From Octopus sinensis (taxonomy: Eukaryota), in contig NC_043002.1 in the NCBI RefSeq assembly GCF_006345805.1, positions 109,120,001 to 109,184,000 on the forward strand: a stretch of 64,000 nt of DNA. Direction: 5' to 3'. This document shows positions 33,831 to 47,067 of the stretch, in pieces (positions within the stretch are counted from its first letter, which is position 1; each line of letters opens with the position of its first letter). A model generated the notes under the pieces. That model saw only the letters and a program-made list of their open reading frames with translations. It made no database searches and was not told where the DNA came from. The translations under genes were made by a program, and so were the position numbers.

Positions 33831-36800
33831 CTGGTTATGTTTCAAAGGAAATAATTCCATTTTCTGAATAAAATAGTCTTGCAGCTACCATTATAGAACT
33901 GAAACAGAATCACTACATGGTCGCTTAATTTGCTAGAAATTTCTCCCTCAAATCACACCATATGATCTTAAAAACCAAGGATGATTTAGACAATTTAACT
34001 CCAAGCCACTAACAGACCATAATCAACTCTATTCTCTACAGCTCCTGCAAATTAGTTTGTGCTACAAGCCTTATACAAACTGCAGAAAAATTCCTCTTAG
34101 CTTGCAAGACTCTGTATTCTCTATCAGATGGTGTCTACTGTTAATGAGGCTCTAAACTCAAGACCTAAACATGTAATGTATACAAACGATCTACTTGAGT
34201 TCAAGGAGAGTGAAGTGGTTTTAATTTAAAAAATTATATCGTAGAGAAGAAGAAACTGCTTGCATAGCCTTTTGCAGTGCTTCATAGGTTAATGGTGGTT
34301 GAGGAAGAAATAGTAACTAATTGGTTATTGTGGTAGGAAACATTCGATCAAGGTTGTCCTCAGACTGGAAAATGTTGTGAATCTTTACCACAGGGTAGAC
34401 TCTGTTAGAGGCACTCCTCATGGGCCAAATGGCGAGATTAAGACAAATGGGGAATTTAACCCTTTTGGTATCAATCCACCTGAAACTATCCCTACATCTA
34501 CGAGTTAATTTCCATCAAAACATTTTGTGTTAATTTGCTTTCCAAACACCGATTTAATGACAATTATTTTACTAAATTCTTCACTCCTTCCAAAATTTAT
34601 TGAAACAAGGATAGCATATTTCAACAGAAATATGGTAACAAGTGTTAAAACACTCCATTATAGTCAAGGATGACAAACTGATATGGTGATGAACATAGTA
34701 CTTTTAGTGGTTTGAAGAATTAAGAATTGCATTGTTGATATGTGGTTGCATTAACCCTTTCGTTACCATATTTATTTTGAGATGCTCTGTGTTTCTCTCA
34801 ATTAATTTTAAGTATAACAAAGAATTTAGCAAAATAACTTTGTTGTCATTCAGTTAGTGTTAGGAACATAAATTGTGACTAAGGTTTGGTGGAAGATTTT
34901 GATGCAGAATTTTTGAAAATAAGACATTTGTACTACAGAGCCAGAGGCGGTTTCAGGCTGGTTAGTATCAAAATGGTTAAACATATTTATGAAAATGTTT
35001 ATTGCATTCCTGTTGTTGATATTTACTTTCATAGTGAAATACTTTTGAAGTAGGTCATGTCTAAATATCAGCATTTATTTTTAGACTTCATTTAAATAGA
35101 ATTTCAATGAAAAATTTAAGACCTTGTGTTTTTGAAGAACTTAAGTTCTGTGGCTGAAAGATGTTGAAATTAATTTCAGTTTTTTAAAAGTGTTTTATCT
35201 GTACCATTGCTTGGAAAGTGATAATGCTGAGATAAACGAAATGTTGTGGGCTTCCAATTTCCTAAGATAGAAGGATTTTAAAATTAGTTTTTCCATGTTT
35301 AATTTTTCATTTGATCTTGAAAAATTTGTGTCCATCTCATTACTTTTTTAAATTTTATTTCTCACTAAATTTTACCAAAGATCCATTAATCTGCTGCACC
35401 TCTTATAACATATGAGAAGATTGTGATTATACAAAAATAGATAATTTATAGATTTATTTGATGTTTGAGTCATCTTGCAGACTTATCAGTCTTTCCAGCT
35501 GTGACCATCTCATTATTTTATATCAAGGTTCATATTGTACAATGTGGTAAGGTGTGGTACACAGGAGATTTGACTGCTGTTTGTAACAAATCAAGTCACC
35601 ATAAACGAGCTTCATTGTTGGCTTGTTGCTATAGATTTCATTTTGAATCCCAATTATCTTCCTAATTTTCAACCTAGCATGTAGTCTTCATTAACAAGAG
35701 TTTATATTTAAATTTAGCTTCAAATTTTTCTCTCTTCCTGCTATTCTGTTCTTAGGTTTCTGACTCGTTATTGTTTCCTCTCTAAAGAATATCATTGCCT
35801 TTTCTTTGTTTTTTGCTTCCCTTCAGCTTCTTAATTCCACATTTGAATTAACTTTTTTTTTATTATGGCTGATGGATGTAGAGAATCAGTTGAGCATCAG
35901 ACAAAATGCTTTGTGGTATTAGGTTAAATCCCTTTTACATCCAAAACCATAGTCTTTTATCTTAGCACAATTACAATTAGTTGATAATATAAGTACTAAG
36001 GGTCGATGGAATCCACTAAACCCTCGAGGCTGGTGCTCAAGCTTGGCCACAATTCAATGACTGAAACCTAGGAAAAGAATTATGTTTCCAGTGGTTTATC
36101 TCTCCTTAACATATTTTTGGCTGGATTAGATTTATTTTACATTATTTTTTTTTTATGTATGAGAGGGTGGAGTAAATGTGTGCTTATTTTAGCCATCACG
36201 GTTAAGGCCATACTGGATCACTGCCTTTAAAGAAGAAAGAGGGAGAAAGACACTCATTGGCAACATCTTGAGTGAATGTTTACCCAAGAAGTTGTCATAA
36301 ATATGTTCATAAAGCTTTAATATTTTGTGGTTTCCTAGATACTGCATAATAGAAGACGATTTTGGATCTGTAATTTTGGGGAAAAAAACTTCTTTATAGT
36401 TACCGGACCCTCATCCTCACACTTTAGCAAACTCGTGCTAAATGCCTATCATCAAAATTGGCAAGCAAACCAGCAGAACACTCGCACTGGTTGTTGGTGG
36501 TGGTGTTGGTTTGTTGCTCTTCACTTTATCCTGATTCCCAACTATCATCGTGGAAGATGCTTGATAATTTTCAAGGGTTTTCTTCTTTTACAAAAGAGTA
36601 TCTTCCATTCCATGAGTTTCTGACTGTATTGAGAAGTGAGGACAATTCCCTTGAGAATGTCTGACTGCAGATATTTTCCAAGGCCCATTCTAGAAGTTAT
36701 TCCTATCATGTTAATTTTGATTCCCCTGTTGAAATCCACCATGGCTGTCTGGCAGAAATTTGCATGGATCTGTTCATTCATGGCCAAATGTCTTGCTTCC

Positions 36801-36906
36801 AGTGAAATTTCTACTGTTCAGTTCTATGGGATGTTGTGCAGTTCTGTAAGATGTACCTTGGTTGACCACAGTAATCTTTGTGGAAACAATATTTCTTCAC
36901 AATATG

Positions 36907-37355
36907 TCCGTTCGTGGCCGTTGCCAGCCTCGCCTGGCCCCCGTGCCGGTGGCACATAAAAAAGCACCATCCGTTTGCCAGACTCGTCTGGCACCACCAT
37001 CCGTTCGTGGCCGTTGCCAGCGTTGCCCCGACTGGCCTCGTGCCGGTGGCACATAAAAAGGACCATCCATTCTTGGCCGTTGCCAGCCTCGCCTGGCCCC
37101 GTGCCGGTGGCACGTAAAAAGCACCATCCGTCCATGGCCGTTTGCCAGCTCCGTCTGGCACCTGTGCGGGTGGCACGTAAAAAGCACCCACTACACTCAC
37201 GGAGTGGTTGGCATTAGGAAGGGCATCCAGCCGTAGAAACACTGCCAGATCAGACTGGGCCTGATGCAGCCTTCTGACTTTACAGACCCCAGTTGAACCG
37301 TCCAACCCATGCTAGCATGGAAAGCGGACGCTAAATGATGATGATGATGATGATG
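36907..37355 (+). mobile_element. RTE-like 3' end with VNTR units and (GAT)n tail
   Basis: Same tail as 3533-4126; four GGTGGCAC motifs with different unit variants. Confidence 0.75.
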
Positions 37356-37676
37356 TCAGCTGTTTGATTATAGGCCCCAGGATCATTGTGTTTTTAACTG
37401 ACTATCGAGCATCTTATAACGAAGTTACAAATGCTCTTCTCAGATAACACCAAGAGATTATTTACTGATAGTGGCCTTCAACTTTATAAGTTTTTCTGGA
37501 GTTATTTTGAACTTGTCGGCATCTTTCTGACTTGATGCAGATCTTGATGATAGCATGTTGGTGGTTCTGACAGTTGGTGCCACTTGGGAACTTAAGACTT
37601 GGTTACCTACACATTTTAGTCTGTATGTGTTGCCCTACTGCTGGTTATATAGTTTCTGAAATGCATAACCCTTTAA

Positions 37677-37897
37677 CCCTTTAGCTTTTAAACCGGCCAT
37701 ATCCGGCCAAAAGTATTCTCCCTGTTTTAAGTTCAAACTGGCCAGATCTGGTCTCTCACACCAATCCTACAATATCGTTTTAAAAATTAACAGCTACCTC
37801 ATCAAAATCTCATAGCTACAAGATAATGCATGATTAGTTCAAAACAATGGGGATAAAAAAGCATTAATTTTGGCAGAATAATGTGAACACTAAAGGG
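37677..37897. mobile_element. piggyBac-type MITE, family P2
   Basis: TTAA-CCCTTTAG...CTAAAGGG-TTAA; related copies 53217-53535, 54494-54725, 58954-59467, 62647-62866, 63964-end. Confidence 0.8.
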
Positions 37898-38458
37898 TTA
37901 AACTGATCACATTCATATAAAATATTTTCCCTGTTCATTTTGTGCTCAAACTCTGAATAAGTCTACAACTACAGGAATGCATTGCAGCAACTCTGACTTG
38001 TCTGAATCTACCATGGATGACACACAAATGCATTTTTTGTGTATGAGAGGGTGGAGTAAATGTGTGCTTATTCATCATCGTTTAATATTGGTCATCATCG
38101 TTTAATATTGGTCTTCCATGCTAGCATGGGTCAAATGATAAGAATAGGTTCAAGGTTATAAGACTTGGAGAAACTCAGTTTGCTAATGAGCTGTATTTCA
38201 CAACAAAGTCAACACCACTCCTGTTATTCTCTCTTATACTGTAGAAAAACAATGCCCCAGTATGGCCACAACCCAGTGACTGGAACAGTAACAGTAAATA
38301 AGATACTCTCTATAAGAGACCTTGCATTTTATAATTCAACATTTGGTTAACTTTTGCAAGTGATGGTATATTATGCTGTACAGGGAAAATGTTTAATCGT
38401 GTGAGCTCAGCAGTTTTTTTGGGTTTTTTAATTAATCTTTATCTTTTGTTTATTTCAG

Positions 38459-38626
38459 CTTGAAATTAGTATCTAAAGAAAAAAATAGTTTAATTCTATC
38501 GTTTGAAACAAATCATGTAGTCATCACAGCCGAACCATTCCGGATTGACTTTCTCACAAATGACCATCCTGTTTTAAGCATTAACAGCCAAGGTTTATTT
38601 AAGTTTGAACATTTACGACAAAAACA
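38459..38626 (+). CDS. GANAB: GANAB exon 4 (LKLVSKEK...TAEPFRIDF...NSQGLFKFEHLRQK)
   Basis: TTTCAG acceptor, CA|GTGAGT donor, 168 nt; PFRIDF and GLFxFEHLR match the family. Confidence 0.92.
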
Positions 38627-39899
38627 GTGAGTAAAGAAGCTAATTTAATTTTTGTTTTGTTCTTTTTTTGGAGCTAATCTGAGATGGCATTTTGCATCAC
38701 AAGTTATGATTGTTGATTATAATATGCACATGTTTTCATACTCACTTTATTTTTTGATGCTAATTATGTTCTACTATCACTGCAAAGCTGGTGGAATAGT
38801 TTGTGACTAGGTTACATATGTACCAACACTTGTTGATGTCTAATATTGCACATGTAAGAAAATAAACCTGTTTATGCAAGTGTGTTTAAAAATTACTCTG
38901 ACTCTATCCAGTAATTTTCTTATCTCTTTGTCTCGATGCTTAGTCCTAAAATTACTTGGTGCTCTTAACCCCTTGCTTTCCTCCTAAAAGTCAGCCGATG
39001 ACAGTACCACCTGATTGGCACTTGTGTCAGTGGAACGTTAAAAGCTCATCCAAGCGTGATCATTGCCAGGGCTACGGATTGACTCTCGTGCCGGTGGCAC
39101 ATAAAAAGCACCATTTGAGTGTGATCATTGCCAGTGTCGCCTTACCAGCATATGTGCCAGTGACACGGGGGAAAACGACATTTGAGCGTGGTCGTTGCCA
39201 GTGCCGCCGGACTGGCTCCCATGCAGGTAGCACGTAAAAAAACACCTTTTGATTGTGGTCATTGCCAGAACTGCCTGACTGGCCTTCGTGCCGGTGGCAT
39301 GTAAGAGCACCCACTACACTTAGGAAGGGCATCCAGCTGTAGAAACTTTGCCAGATCAGATTGGAGCCTGGTGCAGCCTTCTGGCTCACCACTCCTCAGT
39401 CAAGCTGTCCAAACCAGGCCAGCATGGAAAGCAGACGTTAAACAACGATGATGATATCTGCAGTCCTTTTACTCTGTCACTCCATCCAACCCACACCTGC
39501 ATGAAACATGGACAATACACACACACACTTTAATGTGCTTGCTTTGTTCATACTGAATTTTATGAGACAGATTTTCTACAGCTGGATTCCTTTCCTGTTG
39601 CCAATGCTCACCTGTTTCCAAGCAAGGTAACATTTCCCCCTAACTAGGCCAGTTTTTCACAAAAGACTGGCAGTGAACATCCTTGCTTGTATGATGGTGC
39701 TCCATTGCATCATGTCAAGACAAATTTAAATATACACATTCACACGATACGATCCTTCCAGTTTCTATCTACCAAATCCACTCACAAGGCCAGTGCTATA
39801 GTAGATACTTTCCCAATATGCCATGCAATACCACATACTTTGGAAGCAAGCTTCTTAACTATACAGCCATGCCTGCATCTACCCAGTGGAAACCTCAAC

Positions 39900-40524
39900 A
39901 TCATCATCATCATTTAATGTCTGCTTTCCATGCTAGCATGGGTTGGACAATTTGACTGAGGACAGGCGACCAGATGGCTGCACCATCTTGATCTGGCAGA
40001 GTTTCTACAGCTGGATGCCCTTCCTAATGTCAACCACTTCAAGAGTGTAGTGGGTGCTTTTATGTGCCACCAGCATGAGGGCCAGTCAGGTAGTACTAGC
40101 AACGGCCACACTCAAATGGTGTTTTTTACGTGCCACCTGCACAGGAGCCAGTCCAGTGGTACAGGCAACGACCTTGCTCGAATGTTTTTTCCATGTGTCA
40201 GTAAGGCAACGCTGGTAATGATCATGCTTAAATGTCACCGACATGGAAGCCAGTTAGCTGCTCTGGCAACGATCACGCTCGGATGGTGCCCTTAGCGCTC
40301 CACTAGCACGGATGCCAGTCATCGAATTTGATTTCAATTTCACTTGCCTCAACAGGTCTTCACAAGCAGAGTTTAGTGTCCAATGAAAGAAAGGTACACA
40401 TAAGTGGGCTGGTTACACCCCTGGCATAGGCCACGAGGTTATGGTCTCACTTGGCTTGCTGGGACTTCTCAAGCACAGCATATTTCCAAAAGTCTTGGTC
40501 ACTAGTCATTGCCTCAGTGAGGCC
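39900..40524 (-). mobile_element. RTE-like LINE 3' fragment including the ORF C-terminus
   Basis: Minus-strand 40524-40447 = GLTEAMTSDQDFWKYAVLEKSQQAK*, followed by the VNTR region and (GAT)n tail. Confidence 0.7.
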
Positions 40525-43029
40525 TTGTTAAAAGCTAATAATATTCATTATATTGAATTAAACGAAACTGATGAGATTAAGAATGATGAAATAATGTAAC
40601 TTCTTGAATGATTATGTGGATATTATTTATGAGCAAAATTATGATGAAAGGTATTTCCAGCCATAATAATTCCATCTTATTTTCACACAGTTCTTCTTTG
40701 AGTATTACATAAGCCATTGTTTTTTGGAAATGGTTGTATGATTTGAAGGAGATTGCTATCATGACTAACCCTTGTCTGATGCAATCCTCATCCTTTTAGT
40801 TTACTTCTATATATTAAGCCATGTTAGTATTTCTATCATAGCTCAAGCTTACATGAAGGTCTGAACTCGGTTCTGCTGGGTTGATGAAATGCAGTTTACA
40901 TTATCGCACAACTTTTATTTTATCTGCGGTGGACCATTCCACCCACATGTGGTACTATGCTCATCAACAGTTTTGGTTTGTCCCAGCACAATGAGACGCA
41001 AACTGCTGACCATCTCGGATGGTTGTCACTTTCCCTATTGGTTCTATTTATTTGGATCTCCATTTTATACTGGGAGAAGTACGTTCTATTAGTGGCATGT
41101 GTATGCTAATTTGCTTTCTGTTTTGATCTGGAAAAGTATCACTTATCTAACAATCACATGGAGCTTTGTAGTCATTACTTTAATTATGAGTGTATATATC
41201 TTGTTGAAATCTATAATTGAGAAGATAATGATGTGTGATATTCTGAAGTCTTGTGTTCATATCCACTGACGTTTTGTCATGAACCTCAATACTTTAGAAG
41301 GTGCTGTAAGGTCAGTGTTATTAGTTCATCATCATCATCATTTAATGTCCATTGTCCATACTTGCATGGGTTGGATGGTTTGATCAGGCTGGCATTCGGG
41401 AAGGCTGCACCAGACTCCAGTCCGGTGAATATCGAGAGAGCAGGGCACTCATTAGTAACAGCTTGAGTGACTATTAACTCCCCAAACCAGTGTTAGTCTT
41501 AATATTTGTTGTCATTGTTTTCCCCCTTTCCAATAATTATCATTTAATGTCCGTTTTCCATGCTGGCTTGGGTTGGATGGTTCGACCATGAGTCTACTGT
41601 TCTAACCACTGGGCCATTGTGCCTCCATTGTGCACTTACATATTATATGGACTAAATTAGTTTTCTTAACCAATCCAATAAACCTTTTGATCTTGGTCTC
41701 AAATTAGTGTTTTTATTGTGTAACAAGTTCACTGATGAGGAGGCCTAAACCCTTGTCTATCACCTGCTCATACAACAGTGTTACTGATTTCATTGTAGTA
41801 TGCCTATCATTCTGTCTCTTCAAAATACATCCTATAATTTGTTTCTGCTATTTTTTGAACTATATTATTTTAACTCTAGATAGTTTATCAATGACTTTGT
41901 ACTTGTAGGTTGGTCTGTTTTACCAAAAGTCCAACATAACAAGGTGTCCCTATGAATTATTCATAATTTGAATCCTGGTGGGGTTTATTTTCTTGTCACA
42001 AATATCAAACCAAAGCGGGACACTTCACTATGCTGCATGTTAGTTGAATAGCTTATCATGTGGAGATAAATAAGTAATGTTAACCCTCTTGGTACCATCC
42101 TGCCTGACACTGCTTTTAGTTGGATTATTCAAACTTCTTGTTTTAGAAATTCAATTGGAAAGATTCCGTCAAAAAATTTCATGCTGATTTATATTCCATA
42201 ATGAGTTATTTTACTAAATTCCTCATAAGTTTTGAAATTGAAACAAAGGCACTGCATTTCAACAGGAATATGGTAACGAGCAGAAGCAAATTATAGTATC
42301 TAATTTGATGATGTCAGCATCCCTGTAGTGTAATCGGTAACATGGTTACACAGCAAGTGATAAAGACAGAGGTCAATTTCTCTCTGCGCTTTCACTTCTC
42401 TCTCCCTCTCTCAGATTGCTGAATTTCGTTTGCTCAAACAACATATTGAAGAAAATTTTTAACTGAAAACAAAAATTGTTACAAATGCTTGAATTAAGTT
42501 TAATCCCTAAATTGGTGCAGGGATGGATCTGTTTGTTTTTCAATGTTTTCATGGGGGTTGATATTATTTAATACAATGCCAGTGACACGTAAAAAGTACC
42601 CACTACATTCTCAGAGTGGTTGGCATTAGGAAGGGCATCTAGCTGTAGAAACTTTGCCAGATCAGATTGGAGCCTGGTGCAGCCTTCTGGTTTGCCAGCC
42701 CTCAGTCAAACCGTCCAACCCATGCCAGCATGGAAAGCGGACATTAAACAATGATAATGAATGCTATTTCACTATTGTAAACTAACGATGCCAGTTCACT
42801 GCCCCTTTCTCTCTCTCTTTCTCTCTTTGGAACCTAGACAGGTTTGTTTTTGTCCAAAGATATACTCCAGTAGTGCTGGAACACAAATTCTTAAGACTAT
42901 CAGCTATAAGCTAATTACCTTCCTAACTTGGCCATTGTAATTAATGCTATAAAAGAATTGACTCACTATTTCTATTTTGAAACTTGTTTCTACTATTTCG
43001 AATGCTAAAAGATTCATTGAAAAACTTAA

Positions 43030-44105
43030 CCCTTTCGTTACCAAACCGCCCGAAAAAAATTTTGGTTAATGTGACCAAACCGCCCAAAGCCGCCCGAATT
43101 TACCTATTCATATTTAAATGAGAATATCAGAGCAAATCTCTTTAATACATTCGTGAAAATACGTATTATACTTCGTAAAGAGTTCAACTACAGTTTTGTA
43201 CAACAATCGAAGTGTAATTTTAATTCCGTGAATTTTGGGAGATTTTTTTTCCGAAATTTGTTCCTATTGTGTTTTCAAAATTTGTAATTCTGACAAAAAT
43301 GGATACGAATTTCATTATATCAAGCAGCGAGTCAGAATTCGAAGGATTTTCTACTGAAGGCCTTCATAAATCTAACTCTATGACTGAAAAAAAAAAGCAT
43401 GTGGTATTTGATAATGAATCTGATGTTTCATTTTCTGAAAGTGAAAACAGTGAATCCGAGAGCTCCGACAGCGATAAAGAAAATGAATTGGCACCTGAAT
43501 GGAGTGAAAATTTAAAAACTGTTTCTTTCGGTGATTTTTCTGAAGAAACTGGACCAAGCCACAGACTTTCCCAGGAGAGTAAAGCCTTAGACTATTTCTT
43601 TTTACTTTTTCGAATGAGCCTATTTGAAATCATTACGGCGGAAACGAACCGTTAGGCTAAATGTAAACAAAACGAAAGAAAGTATAGTTAGTGGTTTCCC
43701 ACAACCTTAAATGAAATTAAGACTATTTTGCCATAAATATTATTATGGGTATCAGAAAGTTACCCAGAATAACAAATTCTATCGTAAAATTTTGTTGTAT
43801 ACCCAATTGAATATTAGCTAATAACCCATTTTCTATAGCGATGTTTGAACAAAATTTTAATAATTTTATATTTTGTTGAATTTACCTGTATCTACCTGCA
43901 ATTAGAGTCACTTTGTGACAAAAATTATAGTATAGAATTGGTTGAGAACATTTCATTAAATTATCTTCCAAAATTCACGTTAATATATTGATAAATAAAA
44001 AAGTTATAGTTGTTTAATGAAACCAGACTAAATTTATGATTACGTTAGAAATTAATTGAAACACATAAGGGGTGTATTTTGGTCAGAAATATAGTAACGA
44101 AAGGG
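43030..44105 (+). mobile_element. Internally deleted piggyBac transposon
   Basis: TTAA on both sides, perfect 12-bp TIR CCCTTTCGTTAC; transposase N-terminus inside. Confidence 0.88.
43269..43775 (+). pseudogene. piggyBac transposase N-terminal fragment
   Basis: Acidic Ser-rich leader, then TGPSHRL...ALDYFFLLF...LFEIITAETNR*A...WFPTTLNEIK..FAINIIMGIRKLP with in-frame stops; no DDD core. Confidence 0.8.
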
Positions 44106-45639
44106 TTAACCAATATGTTGAAAAATTGTTACATTTGAAATTTAAAAAAATATTATCAAATGATTTGTTTTAGATTTTAACCGGTCTGCCCTCTAGATTT
44201 ACGTATTAAACACTGAACAGTAAATATTGGACTGGAGTTGTAAATTAGTTGATGGGTGAAAAAAAAGGTTCTTGTCTTTCCATTCCCTCGTCTTAAGTGA
44301 TTATGTACTAAATTGTTAAATGACATAAATATATTTTACAGTAGGTTCTATGGTGATTCTATATAAAGAACAGATATTCTGGGTGCAGGATTATAAACTG
44401 CAATATTTCCTGATACTGTTACATAACTTTGTATTTGAGAAAGAAATGCTGTTCATTCTTTGTGGTTAAATTTTATTATTTAACCCTTTTGTTACCATAT
44501 TTCTGTAGGCATACACTGCCTTTATTTTAATTAATTTTAGCTGAACAAAATGCTTAGCTCCATTTCTTCCAGCTTTTTACATTCTGGGTTCAAATTCTGC
44601 CAAAGCTGACTGTGTCTTCCTTGGTAGATAAACTAAATACAACCAGTTGAGCACTGGGGCTGATGTAATCAGATAGCACCCATCCTACCACCTTTGGCCA
44701 CCACAAAAATTTCAGGCTTTGTACCTATAGTAGAAACGATTATTAAGCTGGTGTTTCTTTGAACAATAACTAACATGAAATTTTGATCAAAAGTTTTTAA
44801 GATCATTTTAAAACAAGGGGTTGTGTTTGTATCATAGAACTAGGGGCAGTCTCAGATTGGTATCAAAGATATTCTATTTATTAAAAACTGGTGCAGCCTT
44901 CTGGCTTCCCAGACCCCAGTTGAACCGTCCAACCCATGCCAGCATGGAAAGCGGACGTTAACTGATGATGATGATGTTAGGAAGGGCATCCATCTGTAGA
45001 AACTCTTGCCAGATCAAGATTGGAACCTGGTGCAGCCATCTGGTTCACCAGTCCTCAGTAAAATTGTCCAACCCATGCTAGCATGGAAAGCGGACATTAA
45101 ACAATGAATGGAATGGAATGATTGCACCAATGATTACTACAAATTTAGAACATTTGAATAATTAGTGATATGGTTAATTGTATTATTTGAAAGTCTGAGA
45201 AATGATAATTCCTCTGAAATATTATGGTAATTAAATTCCTCTGTGACATGATAATTAAATTATATCTATTGACCTTATCTTTTGTGTTAGTATTTAGTTC
45301 TTATCATTGTCAGATGGCCTGTTTCTGAATATCTACAGTGTCCACATGAGATATGAACTTCACAATTTCATTTATAAATAAAGGCTATTAATCTACTAAT
45401 TAACTGTGATTAAAGGATAAAGACATTAATAGTGCCCTTTCTGCCAATTCCTCAAATGTTTTCTGATTAACAATTAAAATCTAAAACCAATCATTTGCTA
45501 ATTTATGTGTGCTATTGTTAAAATAACTACTATAGCAGCCATAATAGGCAATACAATGACTGCCCATTTGTTCCCTTTGTAGGGGGGTGTTGTCTAGGAT
45601 TGGTTCCTATGTATATTCTTGGTTTTCAACCCCTTTCAG

Positions 45640-45697
45640 AGATGCTAATCCTGCTGAGCCTCCACAAGAAGGGGGTGAATCTAATGAAGAGAAAAAG
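45640..45697 (+). CDS. GANAB: GANAB exon 5, 58-nt acidic linker exon (DANPAEPPQEGGESNEEKK)
   Basis: CCCTTTCAG acceptor, AAG|GTAAGA donor; the only candidate I found that converts phase 2 (exon 4 end) to phase 0 (exon 6 start). Confidence 0.8.
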
Positions 45698-46494
45698 GTA
45701 AGATAATGGATTTTTTTCCCGCCTCCTAGAATGAAGGAACTTTGTTACATCTGCAAGTGCATGGACACTTACACAATTAGAAGAGCATTTATATTTATTG
45801 ATCTGTAATCAAATGCATTCAATCTGCCATTTTTACACTAAAACTTTTTCTAATTTTCATAATATTTATTCAATATCTCTATTATCTAGCTAGTTGTATA
45901 TGGCATTTAGCTTCAAACTGAATAGGAAATGTTTAAATCTGGGTATTTATAAACGTTTTTGGTTCTTTACATCCAGTGTAGTCCAAAACTGAATATCGTT
46001 TTCTTTTGAAATTGAAATGTTGCTATAAATGCCATGTTTGGCTGCTTTGAACTCTGCTCAAAAAGTTGGCTGTCAATGCATCTTCATCCGGGTAGTGACA
46101 CCTTCAATGGTGTACACTGGTTTGGTGCTGTGTATTTTGAATGTGATGTTGTGGAGTAAATTCCACTCCAGTAATGGTGTTGACTAATGAAACATGCATT
46201 TTTTGGTATTTATTGTAATAAACAACCTTAGCTCACTCCATCACAGCAGTTGCCTAAAGGTTGGGCATAACTGTTATAATAACAAAAAATGAAACCAAAA
46301 ACTGCTTGCAGTCTGACACAAGATTGATTTGTGCCTGGAAAGGTACTGCATAGAAAATCTGCCCAGTTTATATGGGAACATGTTTGGGTGCATGCATGCA
46401 TCTTTTGATCCTGTTCTTTTAATACTACTCTTGATAGAATGGCTTAACTGGAAAATGCTAATGTAATATTTTTTTATGTATTTTATGATTTTAG

Positions 46495-46585
46495 GAAAAT
46501 ACTCAAGAGGAATCTAAATCTGAACCTGAGGAACCAGATATGTGGGAAGAAACCTTCAAGTCTTTCACTGATTCCAAACCAAATG
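46495..46585 (+). CDS. GANAB: GANAB exon 6 (ENTQEESKSEPEEPDMWEETFKSFTDSKPN)
   Basis: TTTTAG acceptor, G|GTAATT donor; WEETFKSxxDSKPxGP motif. Confidence 0.93.
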
Positions 46586-46697
46586 GTAATTCAAGTGTAG
46601 CTGTTATTGCAGTTGGCATAGAGAACAGTGCCAAAATTCTTTAATTTGCACTCATTTGTTTCTCTGCTTAATTAAAAAAATCTCCCACTTACAAACT

Positions 46698-47067
46698 TTG
46701 GAAGCACTCCGTCGGTTACGACGATGTGGGTTCCGGTTGATCCGAATCAACGGAACAGCCTGCTCGTGATATTAATGTGTAAGTGGCTGAGCACTCCACA
46801 GACACGTGTACCCTTAACGTAGTTCTCGGGGATATTCAGCATGACACAGAGAGTGACAAGGCCGGCCCTTTGAAATACAGGTACAACAGAAACAGAAAGT
46901 AAGAGTGAGAGAAAGTTGTGGTGAAAGAGTACAGCAGGGATCACCACCATCCCTGCCAGAGCCTCGTGGAGCTTTAGGTGTTTTCGCTCAGTAAACACTC
47001 ACAACGCCCGGTCTGGGAATCGAAACCGCGAGACCGCTGCCCTAACCACTGGGCCATTGCGCCTCCA
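46698..47067 (-). mobile_element. tRNA(Arg)-like SINE family A, full length
   Basis: 12-bp TSD CACTTACAAACT (46686-46697, 47068-47079). Confidence 0.9.

Noticed and set aside
36260-36905. Possible mariner/Tc1-like relic (EILFPQRLLWS..VHL) on the minus strand
   Set aside because: Single weak motif, no TIRs or further DDE motifs found.
36907-37180. Resemblance of CAG-CCTCGC-CTG-GCCCCGT to the P3/L3/P1 region of HDV-like ribozymes
   Set aside because: P1 partner is imperfect and does not start with G, GG for P1.1 is not adjacent, and there is no clear J4/2 catalytic C or P2; not supportable without a structure search.
41733-41755. CTGATGA-GGAGGCC-TAAAC as a second hammerhead
   Set aside because: TAAA instead of GAAA, only a 2-bp stem II, and no stem I pairing.
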